Source: Thermomicrobiales bacterium
GTDB lineage: Bacteria; Chloroflexota; Chloroflexia; Thermomicrobiales; UBA6265
Direction of reading: 5' to 3'
Assembly (NCBI GenBank): GCA_020432165.1
Contig: JAGQGU010000001.1
Span: 273,705-337,704, forward strand
DNA: 64,000 nt
Shown: positions 37,111 through 45,711 of the stretch, one piece after another
Position numbering within the stretch: position 1 is the first letter of the stretch
Layout of the letters: every line of letters begins with the position of its first letter
Program-made: the position numbers and the translations under genes
The notes under the pieces: generated by a model
What the model was told of the DNA's origin: nothing
The model's database searches: none
What the model saw: only the letters and a program-made list of their open reading frames with translations

Positions 37111-38227
37111 CTACTCCTTGTCGTCCTCTGGCTTGACGAGATACTCCAGCCAGGCATCGACAAACGGATCGAGGTTGCCATTGAGCACACCTTGGGCATC
37201 GCCGACAGTCGCATCGGTGCGATGGTCGGTGACTTGCGTGTAGGGATGGAGCACGTAAGAACGAATCCGGCTCCCGAATCCAGCGGCGATCGCATCGCCC
37301 TTCAGTTCGTTGCGGGCGGCCGCTTCTTCTCGCATTTTCTTTTCCAGCAGGCGGCTGCGAAGGATCTTGTACGCGCTCTCACGGTTCTGTAACTGACTGC
37401 GCTCGTTCTGACACGTCACGACGATTCCCGTCGGCAGGTGCGTGAGGCGGATCGCTGAACTCGTCTTGTTCACGTGCTGACCACCTGCACCGGAACTGCG
37501 ATAGGTATCCACGCGGACATCATCCGGTTTGAGATCGATCTCGGAGTCACTTTCGATTTCGGGAAGGACCTCGACCAACGCGAAAGCTGTGTGCCGTCGG
37601 TGTGCGGAATCGAATGGCGAAAGTCGCACGAGGCGATGGCTCCCACCTTCGCCCTTGAGGAAGCCATAGGCATTGGTGCCCTGGAACTCGATTGTTGCGT
37701 TCTTGATGCCTGCCTCTTCACCGTCGGTGGTATCCAGCAAATCCGCCTTGAGCCCACGCTTGTCCGCCCACCGCAAATACATGCGGCTGAGCATGCTTGC
37801 CCAGTCCTGAGCATCCACACCGCCTTCGCCGCTGTGGATCACGAGGATGGCGTTGGCCCGATCGTGCGGACCATCCAGTGCAGATTCCAGTTCCAGATGA
37901 TTGACTTTGGCGAGCAGCGCATCCCGTTCGGTTTCGATCTCGTCCAGAATCTCTGGCTCATCATCGGCGAGCGCGATCATCTCGAGATAGTCATTGATTG
38001 CTATTTCAGTGCTCGTGAAGCTCTCAACGCGAGCCTTTAGTTCGCCGAGCCGGCGCATTTCTCGCTGCGCGGTATCCGGATCATCCCAGTATTCTGGTTG
38101 AGCGCTGCGGTGCTCGAGATCGTTGATCTCTCGTTCGTCACTATCGAGGTCAAAGACGCCCCCTGAGCGACACGAGGCGCTGTTGCAGCTCGGTCAGGCT
38201 CCTGGAGAGGTCGTCACGCGATGCCAT
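37111..38227 (-). CDS. prfB: Peptide chain release factor 2 (requires +1 programmed frameshift)
   Basis: Frame 0 reads ATG(38227) MASRDDLSRSLTELQQRLVSLRGRL then UGA. The +1 frame continues DLDSDEREINDLEHRSAQPEYWDD.. into the 315-aa ORF, which contains SPF and GGQ (SGAGGQHVNKTSSA). The total length of 1117 nt equals 3n+1. Confidence 0.95.
38149..38155 (-). other. RF2 +1 frameshift site CUU UGA C with upstream SD-like AGGGGG
   Basis: The minus-strand RNA reads AGG GGG CGU CUU UGA CCU. This is identical in logic to the autoregulatory prfB frameshift site. Confidence 0.9.
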
Positions 38228-38307
38228 GGTGCACAATCTCCTGGTAGGTCATATCGATCGCATCGTTGCGATCGCCACATGCAGGCAAGTATACGAGGGG
38301 AGCGCCA

Positions 38308-38589
38308 ATGCGATTCGGGACGGTGCAGGGTGTACTTGGCGAGAGCGAGAAGGGACGATGGTTCACTGTCATCCTGACGATCCGTGATGACAATGTTGTC
38401 GTCCGCGACGATCTGGTGCCACAGGCTCTCGCGTCTGAGGAGGCCTCCTGGCTGATCGATCAATTAGTGCAGGAAACGCTTGGGAACGAATTGGCTGAGC
38501 AAGGGTGGGAGGTTATCGCCGTTGGCGACGAGGCCTCCTCTAGTGAAACCCAGAGTCGTATCTATACTGTGAGGAATCTGGGAGAGTGA
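38308..38589 (+). CDS. Small hypothetical protein (93 aa)
   Basis: ATG 38308 is preceded by GAGGGGAG. It is acidic, has no recognised domain, and diverges from prfB. Confidence 0.45.
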   Translation: MRFGTVQGVLGESEKGRWFTVILTIRDDNVVVRDDLVPQALASEEASWLIDQLVQETLGNELAEQGWEVIAVGDEASSSETQSRIYTVRNLGE

Positions 38590-38648
38590 TAATGTATTTA
38601 GTCTGATTGCAGAGATACTTGTGATAGTCGGGTGGGAGATATGATCAG

Positions 38649-38978
38649 GTGGAAGAAACCGTCACACTCTATCGAATCTGTCGTACATCTCCCCCAACAG
38701 CCGAAGACTTGCGATCCTATGCAGCGCTGGGTATACCACTCAGAGGAGATAGTCCAGAGATGCGGCGGCTAGCGACGGGCATCTCAGTATTTGGATCGCT
38801 CGAACGAGCACGGAAACAAGCGAAAGGAAAACCGTGGCTGGGTGATGCCTTTCTTGCGGAGCTGGTAATCCCTACTGGTCAATTCCAGGTTGAGAAGACG
38901 GGTGGTCGCGACCATTACACGCTTTGGGGAGATGCCCATGCTATCCTGAGATATGTGAGAAGCGTCGAACCAGTTTAG
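38649..38978 (+). CDS. Small hypothetical protein (109 aa)
   Basis: GTG start with GGGTGGGAG about 10 nt upstream. It lies in a visibly lower-GC stretch and has no recognised domain. Confidence 0.5.
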   Translation: MEETVTLYRICRTSPPTAEDLRSYAALGIPLRGDSPEMRRLATGISVFGSLERARKQAKGKPWLGDAFLAELVIPTGQFQVEKTGGRDHYTLWGDAHAILRYVRSVEPV

Positions 38979-38998
38979 TTCAGAAAGGAGAGAGGCAG

Positions 38999-39235
38999 AT
39001 GGTGTATGCACTCTGGGACACAGTCACAATCAACCTCGTCGCCTCCTTTGACAATAGGCAGGATGCGCTGTCGCTTGTTCTCAGTGGGATAGAACGGAAC
39101 GGTCCACGAGATACTGATACGCTTGCTCTCGAGGCTGAAGATGAGAACGGAAACATTACTTCTATCGCGCAAGGCAAGGAACTTGCCGAGCTGGCCCGGA
39201 AAGAGCTTAGCTCTTTGGGGCGCCTGGTCGGCTAA
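38999..39235 (+). CDS. Small hypothetical protein (78 aa)
   Basis: ATG 38999 is preceded by AAAGGAGAG and lies 20 nt after the previous stop. It is acidic, with no recognised domain. Confidence 0.5.
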   Translation: MVYALWDTVTINLVASFDNRQDALSLVLSGIERNGPRDTDTLALEAEDENGNITSIAQGKELAELARKELSSLGRLVG

Positions 39236-40174
39236 CTACCACAATTCCTCATCCACCAAGCGATCGTAGATCGCCTGTAGTTGCTCGTCCGAATAGAATT
39301 CGATCGTAATTGAACCCGATTGATTCGCAGCCCGCTTCAGAGAAACCCGGGTGTTCAGCGCGCTGCGCAGTCGTCCTTCGATACGCACCGTATCCGGATC
39401 GATTTCCGGTTTTGTGAACTCCTTTTGCACCGGTGCCTTCGCCCAACTTCGCACCAGATTCTCAGTCTGCCGCACATTCAGGCTCTTGCGCAGAACTTCG
39501 TCCAGCATCGCGATCTGATCTGTCAGCGAACCAGTGCCCAGGAGTGCCCGCGCGTGGCCTTCCGTGATCTCGCCGTTGACCAATGCCTGCTGGACCTGTT
39601 CCGGAGCATTGAGCAACCGCAGGGTGTTTGTCACTGCCACACGACTCTTGCCGACGCGCTCTGCCACTTCACCCTGGGTCAGGTGGAAGTCTTCGATCAG
39701 GCGGCGATAGGCGTGCGCTTCTTCGAGTGGACTGAGATCGGCGCGGACCACGTTCTCGACAATGGCCAGTTCCAGCATCGCCTGCGGCGATGCTTCCAGC
39801 ACCACCACTGGCACCTGCTCGAGTCCGGCGAGAGTAGCGGCGCGCCAGCGTCGCTCGCCGGCAATCAGTGTGTAGGTACCTGAAGAGTCAGCAGGGGAGA
39901 CAACCAGCGGTTGCATCACACCATGTGTGCGAATACTGGCAACCAGTTCGTCCAGCTGCTCCTGACGCATGCTGAGTCGTGGTTGCCAGGGGTTTGGTTG
40001 AATGGCATCGATCGCTGCCTGCAGCATTCCTCCAGTATCGGTAGCATCGGTCAGATCGGCTTCGGGAGGCGCTGTTGGAATCAGCGATCCCAGCCCGCGA
40101 CCGAGCCCACCCCGACGCTGCTTCGATTTCCCTGAATCCGCCACCGAATACTCCCATGCGCTATCCATACCCAT
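39236..40174 (-). CDS. parB: ParB/Spo0J chromosome partitioning protein
   Basis: GGLGRGLGSLIP box, the ParB N-terminal domain (QPRLSMRQEQLDELVASIRTHGVMQPLVV), an HTH (LTQGEVAERVGKSRVAVTNTLRLL) and a C-terminal dimerisation segment. Confidence 0.9.
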   Translation of the reverse strand: MGMDSAWEYSVADSGKSKQRRGGLGRGLGSLIPTAPPEADLTDATDTGGMLQAAIDAIQPNPWQPRLSMRQEQLDELVASIRTHGVMQPLVVSPADSSGTYTLIAGERRWRAATLAGLEQVPVVVLEASPQAMLELAIVENVVRADLSPLEEAHAYRRLIEDFHLTQGEVAERVGKSRVAVTNTLRLLNAPEQVQQALVNGEITEGHARALLGTGSLTDQIAMLDEVLRKSLNVRQTENLVRSWAKAPVQKEFTKPEIDPDTVRIEGRLRSALNTRVSLKRAANQSGSITIEFYSDEQLQAIYDRLVDEELW

Positions 40175-40208
40175 ATCCTCGAAAGTCTAGCATCGTGGAG
40201 GGCTATAC

Positions 40209-41213
40209 TTGGCGCGATGCGCTCAGCGCATCGCTATTCCGACTTCGCTTCAAGGATGGCTCTCCCGCATGCTTCAGTTCACCGCCACGCTCTTTGCCGG
40301 ATTCATTGCGATCGCTGCCATCTTTGGATTGATCAACTGGTGCCAGAAAGCCTCGACTGGCGATAAAGCCGCGGTGATGGGCCTCTATCTCCTCTGGGGA
40401 ATGCCCGGTGTGCTCATGTTCATCGCCGGACTCGCGCTGGCGGTAAACGGCCGTGGTGAGGGGGCGCCGGTGCTCGGTATCGGATTAGGTCTTTCGCTGC
40501 CATTGCTGAGGCCATTTCGACAACTCGTCGCTCGTTACACGCCCATGGATCCAGATTCGCCAATCGACTACTCCGGTCTGGCGATCGTGCTGGCGCTGCT
40601 CGGCTTCCTGATTCCCACCGTCTTCGTCGATTCTGAGCCTGCGACATCGACTGCCAGCGGCACCGAGGACTTGATCAACGGTGTCCTCCAGCAACTGGTG
40701 GCGTATCTGATGATCGCCTACGTGGCGGTGGGCTATCGCAACTATCGTACCGGCGCGGAAGCTACCGCACGGCTCGGCATCCAGAAGCCTACGAATGTCC
40801 AGATTATTGCTGGGCTCGCGGGAACCGGAGCCGCCTTTGTCGCCGCATATCTGGGTAGCGCCCTCACATCCTGGTTGCAGCCAGATAGCGCGGCGGGTAT
40901 CGATAGCGTCGTGCAGAGCATGGTTGCGGGTGTCTCAAGCGGCATCGTTGCCCTCATACTGGCGTTGGCGACAGGTATTGGTGAAGAAGTCCTCTTCCGT
41001 GGCGCCATCCAACCACGCTTCGGTATCGTGATTACGGCGTTGCTCTTTACCTTCCTCCATGCGCAATACGGGTTCACCTGGATCCTGCTTGGCCTTTTCC
41101 TCATGGGATGCGTCTTTGGTTACATCGCCAAACGCTATGGCACGATGTCTGCCGTGATCGCACACACTCTCTACAATCTGGCGATCGTGATTCTGCAGGT
41201 CTGGATTCTCTAG
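40209..41213 (+). CDS. CPBP-family intramembrane glutamic endopeptidase (CAAX protease-like)
   Basis: Polytopic protein with the three CPBP motifs GIGEEVLFRGAIQPRF, FTFLHAQYG and AHTLYNL. The start could be TTG 40209 or ATG 40269. Confidence 0.8.
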   Translation: MARCAQRIAIPTSLQGWLSRMLQFTATLFAGFIAIAAIFGLINWCQKASTGDKAAVMGLYLLWGMPGVLMFIAGLALAVNGRGEGAPVLGIGLGLSLPLLRPFRQLVARYTPMDPDSPIDYSGLAIVLALLGFLIPTVFVDSEPATSTASGTEDLINGVLQQLVAYLMIAYVAVGYRNYRTGAEATARLGIQKPTNVQIIAGLAGTGAAFVAAYLGSALTSWLQPDSAAGIDSVVQSMVAGVSSGIVALILALATGIGEEVLFRGAIQPRFGIVITALLFTFLHAQYGFTWILLGLFLMGCVFGYIAKRYGTMSAVIAHTLYNLAIVILQVWIL

Positions 41214-41308
41214 CGAAAATCGCGCGCAACCTCCACAATACGCATACGAGTTTTCGGTTACTGGCACACTTGCAGCACTGATGGCAGTGCATACCCGGGT
41301 GAACCAAG

Positions 41309-42880
41309 ATGCGTATCGAAGAAGTTCGCGACCTCGATGGTCCAAATCTCTTTCTGGCTCAGCCGGCTGTAAAGGTGGAAATAGCGGAAGTCCCTGAGGA
41401 ATCCGCCGCCGCGATCATGCTGCAGCTCGCCGAATGCGTCGAGCGCTTGCACGAAGCTACGGGGCAGGGAATACCGCCAATCGTCTCTACAGAGATGGAT
41501 CGTGCTGGCCATATCGCAGTCGCCTTTGGGTGGCAGCGGCGCGCTTACGCCCGCAGTCTGGGCACCTGGGCGGCGCAGCTTGTGATTGGCGAACGTGACG
41601 ACGAGGATGCAGTTGTCATCGATCTGAATGCCATTTTGGATCAACCCGCAGATAGTGACGACGCTCCATTGGTAGTGAAGACGGCCAATGCAGGCATTCC
41701 GGTGATTGCGATCACTGGTACGAATGGCAAGACCACGACCTCGCGCCTCATCGCATACGTATTGCGGCACCTGGGGCACAAGGTTGGCCTCACGTCCAGC
41801 ACGGGTGTCTATGTCAATGGTGAACCGGTTATTCGTGGCGACTACTCCGGCCCATCCGGTGCTCGTCGCGTCTTTGCTGAACCAGGCGTGGAATACGCGG
41901 TACTGGAAACCGCCCGCGGGGGCATGTTGCTCCGTGGTTGCGGATACGACGCCAGCGATGTCGCCGTGATTACCAATGTCACTGAGGACCATATGGGTCT
42001 GCATGGCATCACCACCATCGAGGGATTGGCGCGCGTGAAGGCCATCATCGCCCGCTCCGTCAAGCCGGGTGGATTCTGCGTTCTCAATGCCGACGATTCC
42101 TTCACCCTCGCCATGACCGAGCAGACATCCGGTGTGCCGGTGCTCTTTACCCGTAAGATCAACAATCCGGACGTCGCCAGTCATTGCGCTGCGGGCGGCA
42201 AGGCGATCACCCTCGCCGAGAATGGCGACTTTGTCTGGCACGATGGCTCAGAAACCACCGTTGTTACGAATGTCGTCGACATCCCCATGACATTCAACGG
42301 ACGGGCTACGCACCAGGTGGAGAATGCGCTCGGTGCCACGGCCGCTCTGATTGGTTTGGGAATCTCCTTCGACGATATCAAGTCTGGGCTGGCTGCTTTC
42401 AAGAGCTCGGCAGAGGAAAGTCTTGGTCGCCTCAATCTCTTCGAGATCAACGGCGCGACGGTCATCATCGACTTCGCGCACAACGAAGCCGGTCTCGTTC
42501 ATCTGCTCAACTTCGGTCGCAGCTTCGTCAAGGATGACGGACAGCTCGTCACGATTGTTGGTACGGCTGGTGATCGCGACGATGACGCCGTGGCGGCTAT
42601 CGCCAAAACCGGTGTGGAGATGGCCGACAAGGTTGTATTGAAGGATTCGCACAAGTTCCTGCGCGGGCGGAATCCGGGTGAGATGATGGTGCCGTTGCGT
42701 GCTGGAGCCGCAGCTGCCAATCGACCCGAGGTGGAAGTCGTCGAGTATCCGGATGAGCTGGTGGCGACCCTTACCGAAGTGGAAGCGCTGAAATCCGGCG
42801 ATGTGCTGGCGGTAATGGCCCAGGAGGACTACGAGGAACTCATCGCCAAACTCACCGAGCGAGGCAAGGTTCTGGTCTAG
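41309..42880 (+). CDS. Cyanophycin-synthetase-like ligase with N domain plus Mur-ligase (M) domain but no ATP-grasp (G) domain
   Basis: 523 aa. The start MRIEEVRDLDGPNLFLAQPAVKVEI parallels the CphA start MLKILETTVYRGPNIWARMPAIRYVV. From residue ~135 (PVIAITGTNGKTTTSR..YAVLETARGG..NVTEDHMGLHGI..LARVK) it is collinear to the end with the M domain of the CphA at 56518..59154. No counterpart of the ATP-grasp segment is present. Confidence 0.8.
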   Translation: MRIEEVRDLDGPNLFLAQPAVKVEIAEVPEESAAAIMLQLAECVERLHEATGQGIPPIVSTEMDRAGHIAVAFGWQRRAYARSLGTWAAQLVIGERDDEDAVVIDLNAILDQPADSDDAPLVVKTANAGIPVIAITGTNGKTTTSRLIAYVLRHLGHKVGLTSSTGVYVNGEPVIRGDYSGPSGARRVFAEPGVEYAVLETARGGMLLRGCGYDASDVAVITNVTEDHMGLHGITTIEGLARVKAIIARSVKPGGFCVLNADDSFTLAMTEQTSGVPVLFTRKINNPDVASHCAAGGKAITLAENGDFVWHDGSETTVVTNVVDIPMTFNGRATHQVENALGATAALIGLGISFDDIKSGLAAFKSSAEESLGRLNLFEINGATVIIDFAHNEAGLVHLLNFGRSFVKDDGQLVTIVGTAGDRDDDAVAAIAKTGVEMADKVVLKDSHKFLRGRNPGEMMVPLRAGAAAANRPEVEVVEYPDELVATLTEVEALKSGDVLAVMAQEDYEELIAKLTERGKVLV

Positions 42881-42906
42881 TCTCGAACATCCTGGATTCA
42901 TGGTAC

Positions 42907-42927
42907 AAGGGCAGCTTGTCTGCCCTT
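42907..42927 (+). other. Hairpin AAGGGCAG-CTTGT-CTGCCCTT just after the CphA-like gene
   Basis: Perfect 8-bp stem with a 5-nt loop, preceded by TGGTAC. It resembles the element at 59190-59214. Confidence 0.45.
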
Positions 42928-43040
42928 GGGTCCCTTCTCAGAGGGGAGATGCAACCCTTCGCTGAGACTGATGCGGCGAGACCAGAACGAGGTTTTGGCA
43001 TTGGCCATGCTACCATCGCAGGGTAGATAAGCGAGGCATC

Positions 43041-44072
43041 ATGGCGAGTGTGCAGCCACTATCAATCTATCCCAACGTTGCCACGGCAACTGGTCCGCGC
43101 GATCAGTTCGGGCGGACGATGAACTATTTGCGCATTTCACTTACGGATCGCTGCAATTTCCGCTGTCTTTACTGCATGCCGCCAACCGGTATGCAGTTCC
43201 AACCCAAAGATGAGATGCTGACCGACGACGAGCTGGTGCGACTGGTTGGTATTTTCGCGCGCGAGGGTGTCACCAAGCTCCGTCTTACCGGCGGTGAACC
43301 GACGATTCGTCCTCATCTCACCGAACTCATTCGGGAGTTCAAATCCTTCCCTGGTATCAACGAAATCGCGATGACGACCAATGCCCTACTTCTGTCGCGG
43401 AAAGCGCAGGAGTATAAGGATGCCGGTCTTGATCGTGTCAATGTCAGCATTGATACCCTCGATCCCGCTCGATTCCGCTTCATGACCCGTGGTGGTCGCC
43501 TCGATCTGGTTTGGGAAGGGATCGAACAAGCCGATGCTGTTGGTCTTGGTCCGATCAAACTGAATAGCGTGGTGGTGAAAGATCACAATCAGGCTGATGT
43601 GCTACAGATGGCTCGCCTTACCCTGGATCGACCCTGGCAGGTGCGTTTTCTGGAGATCATGCCGATGGAAGGTGTCGGCATGATCTATGAGGAAGGCCTG
43701 GTCACCTCTGCCGAAACCAGAGCCGATCTTGAAGCGGAGTTTGGACCTCTGGAGCAGCTGCCCTCACCGGATGCTGACCCTGCCAAACTCTGGCGAATTC
43801 CTGGTGCCAGGGGTACGATCGGCTTCATCAGTCCGATGTCCGAGCCGTTCTGCGAGACGTGCAACCGTATTCGCCTGACCGCCGATGGTAATCTCCGCCT
43901 TTGCCTCCTGCATGGTGATGAAGTGAATCTGCGCGATTTGTTACGGGCAGGCGGTTCGGATGACGAAATCGGCGCACTTATCCGCGAGGGTGTTTGGCGT
44001 AAGCCATGGGGTCATGCCGCCTGGGAAGAACATATTCGCACCATTCGGGGCATGTCGCAGATCGGTGGATAG
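43041..44072 (+). CDS. moaA: GTP 3',8-cyclase (molybdenum cofactor biosynthesis protein A)
   Basis: LRISLTDRCNFRCLYCMP radical-SAM cluster motif, GGEPTIRP, and the C-terminal second cluster CETCNRIRLTADGNLRLCL. Confidence 0.95.
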   Translation: MASVQPLSIYPNVATATGPRDQFGRTMNYLRISLTDRCNFRCLYCMPPTGMQFQPKDEMLTDDELVRLVGIFAREGVTKLRLTGGEPTIRPHLTELIREFKSFPGINEIAMTTNALLLSRKAQEYKDAGLDRVNVSIDTLDPARFRFMTRGGRLDLVWEGIEQADAVGLGPIKLNSVVVKDHNQADVLQMARLTLDRPWQVRFLEIMPMEGVGMIYEEGLVTSAETRADLEAEFGPLEQLPSPDADPAKLWRIPGARGTIGFISPMSEPFCETCNRIRLTADGNLRLCLLHGDEVNLRDLLRAGGSDDEIGALIREGVWRKPWGHAAWEEHIRTIRGMSQIGG

Positions 44073-44211
44073 GACTGTCCGGTCGGGAATTATCTGACGC
44101 GCTAGTTTGTACATCTTGTCACAATCCCATTGTCACACCAAACTGAAGGGGAATCGCGCCGCCATCTGACGGCGCTTGCCATGTTCTCTTTGGGGAAAGA
44201 GGGGAGTGACA

Positions 44212-45630
44212 ATGTCATCAGTTGACGCCGGTGGATTCCTTGAGAAGCAGTTCAAGCTATCCAAACTCGGCACGAATCTCCAGACGGAGTTTATCGCCGG
44301 CCTGACCACATTCATGGTTATGGCCTACATCATTTTTGTGAATCCGAATACGCTCAACATGGGCGGTGGCGGACTCGATATCAAGCAGGTCGCCACGGTC
44401 ACCTGCCTTGTCGCCGGTGTGATGTCCATCGCCATGGGCCTCTATACCAATCGTGCCGTCGCGATTGCGCCGGGTCTTGGTATCAATGCCATCGTCGCCT
44501 ACACGCTGGTCGGTGCGATGGGGTTGAGCTTCCCGGAAGCGATGGGTGTGGTGGTTACCGAAGGTATCATTGTCACGCTCTTCGTGCTCACCGGCGTACG
44601 CAAGTACGTTCTGGAAGTTGTGCCGCTGGTGCTAAAGAAGGCCATCGGTGTTGGTATCGGTCTCTTCATTCTCTTCCTGGGACTTAAGAATGCCGGTATC
44701 ATCGTCTTCCACACGGATGTCTTTGATGGCTCGGAATCGAGCACTGTGGGGCGTCTCGATCTCGCTCCGCTCAATACCTGGTCCATCTTCGTTGCGATGG
44801 TCGGATTGCTTGCCATCATTCTCCTGATGGCCCGCAATGTGAAGGCGGCTATCTTCTGGGGCATGATTATCGCGACCATCGTCGCCTATATCGTGCCGGG
44901 CAATGTTGCGACCTTCCCGAGTGACCCCTTCGCCGGCCCGGACTTCGGCCTGATCGGCGACTTCAGCTTCGGCTACTGGGGCAACCTTGGCGCACTGACA
45001 TCGATCCTGGTGGTGCTCAGCTTGCTCATGACTGACTTCTTTGACACGATGGGCACCCTGATCGCGGTCGGCGGCCAGGCCGGATATCTCGACGAGAATG
45101 GCGAGCTGCCGGATTCCGAGAAGCCGCTGTTGGTTGATTCCCTCGCGGCGGTCGCCGGTGGTGCCATGAGCGCCAGTTCTGCGACAAGCTATATCGAGTC
45201 CACTGCGGGTGTCAGCGTTGGTGGCCGCTCCGGTCTCACCGTTGTCTTCACAGGTCTGCTCTTCCTGGTCGCGCTGCCCTTCGTAGCGCTGGTGGGAGCG
45301 GTACCGAGTGTTGCCACCGCTCCAGCACTGATCGTGGTTGGTCTGCTGATGATGAGCACGCTGGCCGAAGACGAAGGCACGGACAAGTTTGGCAACAAGA
45401 AGAACATCGACTGGAGCAACATGGAGGATGCCTTCCCCGTTGCCCTGACGATGTTGATCATGCCCTTCACCTTCAACATCACCTACGGTGTCGGTGCTGG
45501 TTTCGTCAGCTATGTGTTGATCAAGATCGCTCGCGGCAAGGCGAAGGATGTGAATCCAGCACTCTACATCATTGCGGCTGCGTTCTTGCTCTACTTCCTG
45601 CGCTGGGCTCTCTTCGACGCCCAGTTCTAG
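44212..45630 (+). CDS. NCS2-family purine permease (AzgA/PbuG-type adenine/guanine/hypoxanthine permease)
   Basis: 472 aa from ATG 44212 (GGGGAG upstream). The start FKLSKLGTNLQTEFIAGLTTFMVMAYIIFVNP and the segment SYIESTAGVSVGGRSGLT are typical of this family. Confidence 0.9.
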   Translation: MSSVDAGGFLEKQFKLSKLGTNLQTEFIAGLTTFMVMAYIIFVNPNTLNMGGGGLDIKQVATVTCLVAGVMSIAMGLYTNRAVAIAPGLGINAIVAYTLVGAMGLSFPEAMGVVVTEGIIVTLFVLTGVRKYVLEVVPLVLKKAIGVGIGLFILFLGLKNAGIIVFHTDVFDGSESSTVGRLDLAPLNTWSIFVAMVGLLAIILLMARNVKAAIFWGMIIATIVAYIVPGNVATFPSDPFAGPDFGLIGDFSFGYWGNLGALTSILVVLSLLMTDFFDTMGTLIAVGGQAGYLDENGELPDSEKPLLVDSLAAVAGGAMSASSATSYIESTAGVSVGGRSGLTVVFTGLLFLVALPFVALVGAVPSVATAPALIVVGLLMMSTLAEDEGTDKFGNKKNIDWSNMEDAFPVALTMLIMPFTFNITYGVGAGFVSYVLIKIARGKAKDVNPALYIIAAAFLLYFLRWALFDAQF

Positions 45631-45652
45631 AGCCAGAAACACGAGTACACTG

Positions 45653-45692
45653 GAGGAGAGAGTTCGCACAGAACTCTCTCCTCAGTCTTTTT
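45653..45692 (+). terminator. Rho-independent terminator after the permease gene
   Basis: GAGGAGAGAGTTC (45653-45665) pairs with GAACTCTCTCCTC (45671-45683), a perfect 13 bp stem followed by AGTCTTTTT. Confidence 0.75.
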
Positions 45693-45711
45693 GCAAACGA
45701 AATGGATTCCA

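Noticed and set aside
42881-43040. Possible Moco riboswitch upstream of moaA
   Set aside because: The region is structured, with several short hairpins and a loop-to-downstream complementarity (TCTCAG/CTGAGA). I could not find the conserved Moco-motif cores as I remember them (GCCUCCGAGCC, ..GGAAAGG). This needs a cmscan before any claim.
44073-44211. Possible purine riboswitch upstream of the NCS2 purine permease
   Set aside because: No UAUAAU..GGAUAUGGC..CUACCGGG..CCGUAAAU-type core or three-way junction could be read.
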